This document shows, one piece after another, positions 13,001 to 23,707 of a stretch of DNA of 64,000 nucleotides. Source of the DNA: Anthoceros angustus (lineage: Eukaryota; Plantae; Anthocerotophyta); contig VJWM01000203.1 in the NCBI GenBank assembly GCA_010909165.1, forward strand, positions 62,001 to 126,000, given 5' to 3'. Position 1 is the first letter of the stretch; every line of letters starts with the position of its first letter. The notes under the pieces are model-generated. The model saw nothing but the letters and a program-made list of their open reading frames with translations, had not been told where the DNA came from and searched no databases. Both the position numbers and the translations under genes were made by a program.

Positions 13001-15492
13001 TGCCTGGTGGACATGTATGCAAAATGTGGTGAACTGGAAGATGCACGCCAGGTTTTTGACAGCTTGGTCACAAAGGATGTGGTGACATGGAATGCCCTGA
13101 TTGCTGGGTATGCACAGCTAGGACTCGGCCAGGAGGCACTGGTTGTGTATGGACAAATGGAGGAGGAGGGCCTCATTTTGGCTGACAATGTTACTTTTGC
13201 TTGCCTTCTGAAGGCCTGTGCAAGCACTGGTGCCTTACAGAAGGGCAGGCAGCTGCACTCACAGATTGTTGAAAGAGGACTGCTGGATGACGTAGTGTTG
13301 GGCACCTGCCTGGTGGACATGTATGCAAAATGTGGTGAACTGGAAGATGCACGCCAGGTTTTTGACAGCTTGGCCACAAAGGATGTGGTGACATGGAATG
13401 CCCTGATTGCTGGGTATGCACAGCAAGGACTCGGCCAAGAGGCGCTTGTTGTGTATGGACAAATGGAGGAGGAGGGCCTCATTTTGGCTGACGATGTTAC
13501 TTTTGCTTGCCTTCTGAAGGCCTGTGGAAGCACTGGTGCCTTACAGAAGGGCAGGCAGCTGCACTCACAGATTGTCGAAAGAGGACTGCTGGATAACGTA
13601 GTGTTGGGCACCTGCCTGGTGGACATGTATGCAAAATGTGGTGAACTGGAAGATGCACGCCAGGTTTTTGACAGCATGAACACAAGGATGTGGTGACATG
13701 GAATGCCCTGATATCTGGGTATGCAGCAAGGGCTGGACATGAGGCTTGTTCTGTATGGACAAATGGAGCAGGAGGGCCTGATTTTGGACCATGTTACTTT
13801 TGCTTGCCTTCTGAAGGCCTGTGCAAGCACTGGTGCCTTACAGAAGGGCAGGCAGCTGCACTCACTGATTGTTGAAAGAGGACTGCTGGATAATGTAGTG
13901 TGGGCAACTGCCTGGTGGACATGTATGCAAAATGTGGTGAACTGGAAGATGCACGCCAGGTTTTTGACAGCATGGCACAAAGGATGTGGTGACATGGAAT
14001 GCCCTGATTGCTGGGTATGCAGCAAGGACTCGCCAAGAGGCGCTTGTTGTGTATGGACAAATGGAGGAGGAGGGCCTCATTTTGGCTGACCATGTTACTT
14101 TTGCTTGCCTTCTGAAGGCCTGTGCACTGGTGCCTTACAGAAGGGCAGGCAGCTGCACTCAGATTGTGAAAGAGGACTGCTGGAAGACGTAGTGTTGGGC
14201 ACCTGCCTGGTCGACATGTATGCAAAATGTGGTCAAATGGAAGATGCACGCCAGGTTTTTGACAGCTTGGCCACAAAGGATGTGGTGACATGGAATGCCC
14301 TGATGCTGGGTATGCACAGCAAGGACTCCAAGAGGCGCTTGTTGTGTATGGACAAATGGAGGAGAGGGCCTCATTTTGGCTGACCATGTTACTTTTGCTT
14401 GCCTTCTGAAGGCCTGTGGAAGCACTGGTGCCTTACAGAAGGGCAGGCAGCTGCACTCAGATTGTGAAAGAGGACTGCTGGATAACGTAGTGTTGGGCAC
14501 CTGCCTGGTGGACATGTATGCAAAATGTGGTGAACTGGAAGATGCACGCCAGGTTTTTGACAGCATGAACAAAGGATGTGGTGACATGGAATGCCCTGAT
14601 ATCTGGGTATGGTACTTGTGATGATGGTCACAAGGCACTAGCTTGTTTTGAGGAGATGTTAGTTGCCGGTATTCAGCCTGATGGTGCTACTTTTACTTGC
14701 CTTCTAGCAGCATGCAGTCATGAAGGACTAGTAGACGGGGGTCGCAAGCACTTTGATTCCATGGCTGAACAGCATGGCATCAAACCCAGTATTGAGCATT
14801 ACACCTGCATGGTTGATCTTCTTGGGCGTGCAGGCCATTTAGATGAGGCTGAGAGCATGCTATTGTCATGTGAGGGCCAAAGGGATGTTGTGGTCTTGAC
14901 GTCTTTGTTGAATGCCTGCAAAAATCATGGGGATATAGAGAGGGCGATGTGGTGTTTTGAAAGCATTGTTAGGTTGGACCCCCACGAGGCGCCTGCATAT
15001 GTGCTCATGGCCAATGCCTACGCAGATGCAGGTAGGTGGACCGATGTAGACAGAATCGAAACACAGAGAAAGAGAGCGGGAGCTAACAAGAAACCTGCTG
15101 TGGCGACCATTGAGGTGAATAAGCAGGTACATAGATTTCTGGTGGGAGAAAGGAGAGAGGATATTGCGTTTAAGGTAGAGAGCACGAATGCACGTCTGAA
15201 GCAGGAAGGAGGCCACGTACCTCACACAAAGTTGGTGTTGAAGCCACTGTGTGAGAAGGAAAAGGAAGATGTGCTTTGTGGGCATGCTGAGAAGCTAGCT
15301 CTGGCGTTTGGTCTCTTGAACACTCCGAGTGGGACACCTCTAGTGGTAACGAAGAATCTACGCATGTGCAGTGACTGCCACAGTTCCACTGAGATCTTGT
15401 CAAGTCTTGAACAGAGAGATATTGTTGTAAGGGATGGATACCGTGTGCATCGATTCTCAAAGGGTTTCTGCAGTTGTAAGGGTCGACCGTAA
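10063..15492 (+). CDS. PPR-DYW:KP (GRP) gene 1: 2 PDF-like motifs, PLS array with 10 repeated triplets, E1/E2, DYW:KP; frameshifted as assembled
   Basis: ATG of MATIWQPDP at 10063, homologous to the starts of the other copies. ORF pieces 9898-11007, 10985-12427, 12758-13696 and 14578-15492 end KKPAVATIEV...CGHAEKLA...KNLRMCSDCH...CSCKGRP. Small deletion at ~10935-10950, TAA at 12731, and many 1-2 nt deletions. Confidence 0.9.
10285..10780 (+). other. Two OSB-type PDF-like motifs (10285-10425, 10640-10780) in a ~118-aa tandem unit
   Basis: LWLQLFLDPTMWWDSRRDKKSSHWPDFRRKGSGEVLWLNNMFKPAWV and WQQFFLDRTISWDNTRDKKSSRSPDFRREGSGEVLWLNNMYKPAWV, versus the recalled OSB PDF consensus W..FF..P..WWDNR..K.NP..PDFKHK.TGEALWL...P.WV. 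Confidence 0.8.
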
Positions 15493-15957
15493 GAACAATG
15501 AAAGGTCTAGCAAGTGCTCACGTGTCTACTATAGAGACTATTGCTTTCTTCCTTGGTCATGAATGTGTTTGCCTGACTGGATCCCTGTCCAAACTTGAGA
15601 AATGGACATGGATGGCTTACACTGATCCACCTCTCATCATCACCGTGATGCCTATGCGTAATCGAATGTACATATGTACATCTCTCTCTTTCTGGAATGT
15701 ATGTGTATTTCAGACCAATGCAACCACCCGAGCGTTAACTATAAGATACCTCAAACCTCATAACAACATCAGCTTGTGTCCAAACCTTCAAACTAACAAC
15801 CTCTTCTTTTTTTTGGGTACCCAACGAAAAACCGCCTGCACGATCCTTTCCGGGTGATGTGGTCTTGCACATTGCATAGTATGTACATACCTGGGCACCC
15901 TGCCATAGTCTGTTGTTATAGCCTCTGTTATCATCCTCCGACAGCGGTCGCTGGACG

Positions 15958-18616
15958 ATGGCCACAGTATGGCAACCGGACCAGCAACAAATCGTTGTGT
16001 GGACAGGGGTTCTACGAGGAGCTCCGGATCACCACAGCTGAGGGAGGCAACCCCTGGCAAACAAGGCCTCCCGGTGCAGCAGTGTAAGGAGCCCAGCACT
16101 TCCACTTCCCAGAAAATGTGTGGGTGGGGACGGGATTTCCGATGGTCGTCGCCAGGAGCAGGAGCACTTGTGGCATCAGTTTTTTCTGGACCCTGCGATG
16201 CGGTGGGACAACAAACGAGATAAGAATGGCTCCCGTTCGCCTGACTTTCGGCGTATTGTGTCCGGCGAGGTCCTGTGGTTGAACAGCATGTTCAAGCCAG
16301 CTTGGGTTGATGAGCAGCTTGTTTCCTTGGATATGCACATGGGTCATGGTGCCTCCCCTTCCGACTGAATCTCTCGGGATAAGCCTGAACTTGGGAGACG
16401 GGAATGGCCGTCGTAACTGCTAGAACCGTGAGCATGTTGTGTCAGCCGGGGAAGCTTTCTGAGGCCGTTGGAGCCCTGGAATCTCTCGTGCAGACAGACT
16501 CTGTCATTTCTTCAGTCTCTGTTATACACTTTGCTAAAACTGAGTACAGGTAAGAAGGATTTGGTTGTGGGGCGACGAATTCACCAGCTCATTGCCAAAC
16601 TTGGGTACGAGTCGAATGCATTCTTGAGGAACCATATCTTGCGCATCTATGCATGTGGAGGCAGGGTAGAGGAGGCCATGGATGTGCTCACCACGGTGGC
16701 CAAACCAGAGGCCTTCATGTGGTCTTCCATAATCTCTGCATACACTAAGCATGGGAGGCCCAGTGAGGCCATGCAACTGTACCATCAGATGCGCTGGTCG
16801 GGAGTGAAGGCGGATTCTCACGTCTTTGTAGCTGCCCTTCAAGCTTGTGCTTTGGCCGCGGACTTAGAATTTGGCAGAAAGGTTCACTCTGATCTGTGGC
16901 ACTGTAGCATTCCTCCTGACTTGTTTATTGGCACCTGCCTGGTGGACATGTATGCAGAATGTGGTGAACTGGAATATGCTCGCCGGGCTTTTGACAGGAT
17001 GGTCACAAAGGTGACATGGAATGCCCTAGTATCTGGGTAAGCAAAATGTGGTCAACTGGAAGATGCACGCCAGGTTTTTGACAACATGAAGAGAAAGAAT
17101 GTGGTGACATGGAATGCCCTGATAGCTGGGAGTGCGGATCAAGGGCTCGGACATGAGGCGATTCTTCTGGATGGAACGGAGCGGGAGGGCCTCATTTTGG
17201 CTGACCATGTTACATTTGCTTGCCTTCTGAAGGCCTGTGCAAGCACTGGTGTCTAACAGAAGGGCGGGCAGCTGCACTCACAGATTGTGGAAAGGGGACT
17301 GCTAACGACATGCAGGTGGGCACCTGTCTGCTGGACATGTATGCAAAATGTGGTGAATTGGAAGAAGCACGCCGGGTTTTTGAAAGCTTGGCCACAAAGG
17401 ATGTGGTGACATGGACGGCGTTGATTTCTGGGTATGCCCAGCAAGGAATCGGCCAAGAGACGCTTGTCCTGTATGGACAAATGGAGCAAGAAGGCCTCAT
17501 TTTAGCTGATCATTTTACTTTTTCTTTCCTTCTGAAGGCCTGTGGAACTTACAGAAGGGCAGGCAGCTGCACTCCCAGATTGTGGAAAAAGGACTTGTGG
17601 ATAACATAGTTCTGGGCAACTGCCTGGTGGACATGTATGCAAAATGTGGTGATCTGGAAGATGCACGCCATGCTTTTGACAGCATGAATACAAAGAATGT
17701 GGTGACATGGAATGCCCTGATATCGGGGTATGGTGCTTGTGATGATGGTCACAAGGCACTAGCTTGTTTTGAGGAGATGCTAGTTGCGGGTACGCAGCCT
17801 GATTGTCCTACTTTTACTTGCCTTCTAGCAGCATGGAGTCATGAGGGACTAGTAGACGAGGGTCGCAAGCACTTCGATTCCATGGCTGAACAGCATGGCA
17901 TCAAACCTACTATTGAGCATTACACCTGCAAGGTTGATATTCTTGGGCGTGCAGGCCATCTAGATGAGGCTGAGAACATTCTCTTATCATACGAGGGCCA
18001 AAGTAATGTTGTGGGCTTGACGTCTTTGCTGAATGCCTGCAAAAGTCACGGGGATACAGAGAGGGCAACGTGGTGTTTTGAAAGCATTGTGAGGCTGGAC
18101 CCTCAACGGGCGTCTGCGTACGTGCTCATGGCCAATGCCTACGCAGATGCAGGTAGGTGGAGCGATGTAGACAAGATTGAATCACAGAGAATGGTAGCAG
18201 GAGCTAACAAGAAACCTGCAGTGGCGACCATTGAGGTGGAGAAGCAGGTACATACATTTGCGGTGGGAGAAAGAAGAGAGGAGGATGTTGCGCTAAAAGT
18301 AGAGACCACGAATGCACGTGTGAAGCTGGAAGGAGTCCATGTACCTCACACGAAATTGGTGTTGAAGCCACTGTCTGACAAGGAAAAGGAAGACATGTTT
18401 TGTGGGCATGCTGAGAAAGTAGCTCTGGCGTTTGGTCTTTCGAATACTCCGAGTGGGGCACCTTTGGTGGTAACGAAGAATCTACCATGTGCAGTGACTG
18501 CCACAGTTCCACGGAGATCATTTCAAGGCTTGAACAGAGCGACATTGTTGTAAGGGATGGGGTACCGTGTGGATAGATTCGCAGCTGGTTGTTGCAGTTG
18601 CAAGGGTCGACCGTGA
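15958..18616 (+). pseudogene. PPR-DYW:KP gene 2 (1 PDF-like motif, 2 repeated triplets), pseudogene
   Basis: Same architecture, with the PDF motif at ~16168-16308. Nonsense substitutions TGA 16366, TAA 17038 and TAA 17254, plus a frameshift in NLRMC. Ends aagggtcgaccgTGA (KGRP*) at 18616. Confidence 0.85.
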
Positions 18617-19826
18617 GCCTTATGACGAACAAGCCAGGGGCTCCTGGCGGGGCGGTCCTCTTGCTTTCTCTTTCGTATGTGCAGCTTGCTCTAGCCGGTC
18701 CGCGTGGGAGTTCATGGAGGCGAAAACGCAAGGTATGGCGGTTTTAGATTTTTGTTTTTCTCTGGGATGAGTGGTAAGCTCATCCTCATCGCGGGCTTTC
18801 CAACAAGTCCAAGCGTCCAAGCTTGCCCCGATCTGAGCTTGGGATCTCCGGACAGGTCGAAACGAACCTCTTCCAAGATTCTCTTCTCTCGGGATGCCTT
18901 CATTTGCTTCGGTTTGTGCACAACACATTCGCAGGGTAACTGGTAAATGGACACTGGTTGATCGGCTCTGAGGATGTCTTTGATCATCCGCAAACCAAAG
19001 CATTTCGCTAAACCATTCAATTCACAAGGCCGAAAGGAACATAGCGCCCAGGTTCTTCACATTGTTGGGTACTATGGCACCGAGGTTCTATTCCCACTAA
19101 CCTCCCTGTAACCCGACATCTATCTACACAGCAGTGTCCTCCGCCGTCTGGGCACCAGTGTAAGAGAGCAGGGCGCAGTGCGCAGTCCGTCCATCCAGCA
19201 CATGGCACTTTACTACTGAGCATCACACTGTGCAGCAGGGACCGCATCCGGGCCATGGCACACCGCCGTGGTTGCTGCGAGGAGCCTACGCAATCTTTTA
19301 CCAACGACTGGCTGAGCATGGCCGCAACGATGCCATCAGCTCCAAAATGTCCGGGTTGCACATGGCTGGGATAGGGCATCTTCTGCCGCACAAAACTGCA
19401 CATCCACAGGCTTCAAATGCAGAGCCAAACCCTCGGATTTCAACTGATGGGCATTCTGAGGTTAACATGCGTTGCGTGTGGCGGTCTGTGAAACAATGAA
19501 GCTGCAAGGTGGGGATGTTTCGTAACAGGAAACATCATTCTAGCTTCTGGATGCCAACACAACGGCAGCTGAACCATCCACAGGGACAGGGAAGAGGGCC
19601 GTGGGGCATCCTCCACTAGATCCTGCCCGAACCGAAAGACGGGAAACTCTTCCAACCGCAGTCCAGTGGCATCAGCGACTGGGCTGCTCGATTCTGATTC
19701 TTTCTGTTACCATGGGAGGTGCCAGGATCAGTGTCGGCCATCCTTGTCCAAGTCTCAGTTAGGACAGGAATGGAGTTAACAAAACACCTTCACCACCAAA
19801 AAGCACTGGCTGCATCTTCATTTCTC

Positions 19827-22577
19827 TCACGGTCGACCCTTACAACTGCAACAACCAGCTGCGAATCGATGCACACGGTACCCATCCCGTACTACAATGT
19901 CTCGCTCTTCAAGTCTTGACACGATCTCCGTGGAACTGTGGCAGTCACTGCACATGCGTAGATTCTTCGTTACCACCAGTGGTGTGCCACTCGGAGTGTT
20001 CAAGAGACCAAACGCCAGAGCTAGTTTCTCAGCATGCCCACAAAGCGCATCTTCCTTTTCCTTCTCACACAGTGGCTTTAACACCAACTTTGTGTGAGGT
20101 ATATGGCCTCCTTCCTGCTTCGCATGTGCATTCGTGCTCTCCACCTTTAGTGCAATATCCTCTCTCCTTTCTCCCACCACAAAGCTATGTACATCCTTAT
20201 TCACCTCAATGGTCGCCACTGCGGGTTTTTTCTTACCTCCTGCTGCCATCCTCAGTTTTTCAATCCTGTCTACGTCGGCCCACCTACCTGCATCTGCGTA
20301 GGTATTGGCCATGAGCACATACGCAGATGCCTGCTGAGGGTCCAGTTTAACAATGCTTTCAAAACACCACATCGCCCTGTCTACATCCCCGTGACTCTTG
20401 CACGCATTCAACAAAGTCATCAATCCCACAACATCAGTCTGGCCATCGCATGATAACAACATCTTCTCTGCCTCATCTAAATGGCCAGCACGCCCAAGGA
20501 GATCAATCATGCAGGTGTAATGCTCAATAGTAGGTTTGATGCCATGCCGTTCAGCCATGGAATCAAAGTGCTTGCGACCCTCCTGGACTAGTCCCTCATG
20601 ACTGCATGCTACTAGAAGGCAAGTAACCGTAGCATCATTAGGCTGAACACCGGCAACTAACATCTCCTCAAAACAAGCTAGTGCCTTCAGACCTTCATCA
20701 CAAGTACCATACCCAGATATCAGGGCAGTCCATGTCACCACATTCTTTGTGTTCATGCTGTCAAAAACCTGGCGTGCATCTTCCAGTTCACCACATTTTG
20801 CATACATGTCCACAAGGCAGGTGCCCACCACTACGTCGTCCAGCAGTCCTCTCTCGACAATCTGTGAGTGCAGCTGCCTGCCCTTCTGTAAGGCACCAGT
20901 GCTTGCACAGGCCTTCAGAAGGCAAGAAAAAGTGACATGGTTAGCCAAAATAAGGCCCGCCTCCTCCATTTGCCCATACAGAAACAGGGCCTCTCGGCTG
21001 AGCGCTTGCTCGGCATACCCGGCTATCAGGGCGGTCCATGTCACCACATTCTTTGTGTTCATGCTGTCAAACACCTGGCGTGCATCTTCCAGTTCACCAC
21101 ATTTTGCATACCCAGCGATCAAGGAATTCCATGTCACCACATCCTTTGTGGCCATGCTGTCAAAAACCTGGCGTGCATCTTTCATTTTGCCACATTTTGC
21201 ATACATGTCCACCAGGCAGTTGCCAATAAACAAGTTAGTAGCAATGCCACTCTGCACCACATCACAGTGCACTTTTCTGCCAGATTCCAAGTCGGCGGCA
21301 AATGCACAAGCTTGAAGCGCAGCCACAAATACGTGAGCATCAGCCTTCACTCCTGAGCTGCGCATCTCGTGGTACAGTTGTACGGCCTCATTAGGTTTCC
21401 CATGCTTAGCGTATGCGGAGATTATGGAAGACCACATGAAGGCATCCGGCTTACCCACTCTGGTGAACACATCCATGGCCTCCTCTAGCCTGCCTCCACA
21501 TGCATACATGCGCAAGATATGGTTCCCCAAGTATGCACTCGATTCGTACCCAAGTTTGGCAGTGAGATCATGAACTCGACGCCCCACAACCAAATCCTTC
21601 TTAGCTGCACACAGTTTGAGAACAGTGTACAACAGGGACTGGGAAATGGCAGAGTCTGTCTGCGCCAGAGAATCCAGGGCTCCAACGGCCTCAGAAAGCC
21701 TCCCCTGCTGACATAAGGTGCTCACGGTGACAGCAGTAACGACGCCCATTTCCGATGTTGCACGCCTCCCAGGTTCAGGCGTATCCGGAGAGCTGAACTC
21801 GGAAGGAGAGGCACCATGTCCCATCTGCATATCCATGGACATGAGCTGCTCATCAACCCAAGCTGGCTTGAACATGTTGTTTAACCACAGCACCTCGCCG
21901 GACACCTTGCGCCGGAAGTCAGGGGAACGGGAGCTCTTCTTATCACGTCTGTTGTCCCACCACAGGGTAGGGTCCAGAAAAAATTGTTGCCACAAGTGCT
22001 CCTGCTCCTGCTCCTGCTCCTGGCGACTTTCCTCGTTGGAAATCCCGTCCCCACCCACCCATTTTCTCGGATGTGGAAGAGCTGGGCTCCTTACGCTGCT
22101 GCACCTGGAGCCCATTTGCGATTCTGCACGCCTCCCAAGTTCAGGATTATCATCTGGAGAGCTCGAGTTGGAAGGAGAGGCACCGTGACCCATATGCATA
22201 TCCAAGGAGACGAGATTCTCATCAGCCCAAGCTGGCTTAAACGTGTTGCTTAACCACGGCCCCTCGCTGGACCCCTTCCGCCGGAAGTCAGGGAAACGGC
22301 TGCACTTCTTATCTCGTCTGTCGTCCCACCACAGGCTACGGCCCAGAAGGCAACGACCGGCATCGCTGGAAAAGCCGTCCCTACCCACACACGGCCTCGG
22401 AAATGGAACTGCTGGGCTCCGAGTCCTTACACTGCTGCACCTGGAGACCTTGTTTGCCAGGGGTTGACTCCCTAAGATGAGGTGAGCGGGAGGTCCTGGT
22501 GGAATCCCTGAGTATGTACACACACCGATTGCAATTTGTTGGGTCCACAACGGGTCCGGTTGCCATACTGTGACCAT
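19827..22577 (-). CDS. PPR-DYW:KP (GRP) gene 3, intact 916 aa: 2 PDF-like motifs, L-S-P-L-S-SS-P-L-S-P2-L2-S2-E1-E2-DYW:KP; putative organellar U-to-C editing factor
   Basis: Single uninterrupted ORF. PDF-like motifs at ~22220-22345 (degenerate) and ~21850-21995. KKPA box, HAE(x)nCSDCH zinc site, CSCKGRP end. Confidence 0.95.
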   Translation of the reverse strand: MVTVWQPDPLWTQQIAIGVCTYSGIPPGPPAHLILGSQPLANKVSRCSSVRTRSPAVPFPRPCVGRDGFSSDAGRCLLGRSLWWDDRRDKKCSRFPDFRRKGSSEGPWLSNTFKPAWADENLVSLDMHMGHGASPSNSSSPDDNPELGRRAESQMGSRCSSVRSPALPHPRKWVGGDGISNEESRQEQEQEQEHLWQQFFLDPTLWWDNRRDKKSSRSPDFRRKVSGEVLWLNNMFKPAWVDEQLMSMDMQMGHGASPSEFSSPDTPEPGRRATSEMGVVTAVTVSTLCQQGRLSEAVGALDSLAQTDSAISQSLLYTVLKLCAAKKDLVVGRRVHDLTAKLGYESSAYLGNHILRMYACGGRLEEAMDVFTRVGKPDAFMWSSIISAYAKHGKPNEAVQLYHEMRSSGVKADAHVFVAALQACAFAADLESGRKVHCDVVQSGIATNLFIGNCLVDMYAKCGKMKDARQVFDSMATKDVVTWNSLIAGYAKCGELEDARQVFDSMNTKNVVTWTALIAGYAEQALSREALFLYGQMEEAGLILANHVTFSCLLKACASTGALQKGRQLHSQIVERGLLDDVVVGTCLVDMYAKCGELEDARQVFDSMNTKNVVTWTALISGYGTCDEGLKALACFEEMLVAGVQPNDATVTCLLVACSHEGLVQEGRKHFDSMAERHGIKPTIEHYTCMIDLLGRAGHLDEAEKMLLSCDGQTDVVGLMTLLNACKSHGDVDRAMWCFESIVKLDPQQASAYVLMANTYADAGRWADVDRIEKLRMAAGGKKKPAVATIEVNKDVHSFVVGERREDIALKVESTNAHAKQEGGHIPHTKLVLKPLCEKEKEDALCGHAEKLALAFGLLNTPSGTPLVVTKNLRMCSDCHSSTEIVSRLEERDIVVRDGYRVHRFAAGCCSCKGRP

Positions 22578-22747
22578 TGTTCAGGGACCACGCCGTGAGA
22601 ACCTGAGTCTGCCAATAAACTGGACCAGGATGCCCATGACCACACCATACGAGCAGAGCTGGCTCCGATGCCGGAGCCTAAGCAATATACATCGAAGTTG
22701 CTGTGCGGATTTTGCCGTCTCGAAGTTGGTGATGTTCGTAGGTGCCG

Positions 22748-22948
22748 CAGGAGGAACAGGATGTCAGCCAGAGTTGAAGCCTGGTGAAGATTTGTCTTTG
22801 TCGGGAGGTAAGTAGTCCAGGGTTTGGGGTTTAGGTAGTGTAAACGGGCAGGAGGAACAGGATGTCAGCCAGAGTTGAAGCCTGGTGAAGATTTGTCTTT
22901 GTCGGGAGGTAAGTAGTCCAGGGTTTGGGGTTTAGGTAGTGTAAACGG
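22748..22948. repeat. ~101-bp direct tandem duplication upstream of gene 3
   Basis: gcaggaggaacaggatgtcagccagagttg...ggtagtgtaaacgg occurs twice in succession. Confidence 0.9.
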
Positions 22949-23707
22949 GGCAGCGAGGAGGGGAGGAGGTCCGAATTGGGTCGGGAACCATGATTCGTGA
23001 ACGACGGTCATACCGGCCAATGCCCATCATCTCTGCCAAGTTCTCCCGAAGGGCCCGATGCCCATGTCACATGTGGCATCTTGTCTGCCATGTTCTCTAC
23101 AGAAGAGCAGTTTCACTCGTGACACCAGTCCTCATGGTACTTCCGCAATCGCTTGCTGCCTCTCAGGAATCTAGAGCTTCAAATGCCAAGCCCGCCGCCG
23201 CTTCCAAGGCGGAAATATGTACAAAAGTTCAGTTGTGTTGTCACCAGACACCGCTTTCGTAGCCTGGTTTGCTCAATAAGGGTTCACAGTTCAGTCCACT
23301 AAAGTTAAGTTTATTTGATACCTTACACTGGACGTTGCTACAAACACGAGTCTCATGAGACCTGCAAAGCTGCACGCAGGGCCAGGCTCTTTAATACCAA
23401 CGAGAGACGTTCTGGAATTTCGAGTCTTCACTTGGCAGATGTCACAAAGCGAACCCCTCCCTCAAACTTCACTTGCAATCAGCCATGGCTCAGTTTCTTT
23501 CCTCACGCTCCGTTTGATGTCCTGGAGGACATTTCTGATAATAAACTTTGAGATGAGAGGGGAATCAGTATTAGCGTGTCTCTGTCTCAGTTTGGAAAGA
23601 GACCAACCTGCTGATGTTAGGCAAACACATCCACCACCAAATCCTAAAAAAGAAGCAATCTTCTCTGGCGTGAACACAACCTTGAGCACTCGCTAAGTCT
23701 TCGTCAT

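Noticed and set aside
12124-14025. 633-aa minus-strand ORF and similar antisense ORFs over the PPR arrays
   Set aside because: Shadow frames of the repeated PPR coding sequence, with no independent motifs.
11560-14580. 306-bp repeats as TALE or satellite DNA
   Set aside because: They translate to standard P, L and S PPR motifs.
15090-15492. Canonical C-to-U DYW:PG domain
   Set aside because: KKPA, HAE and the GRP terminus indicate the KP clade.
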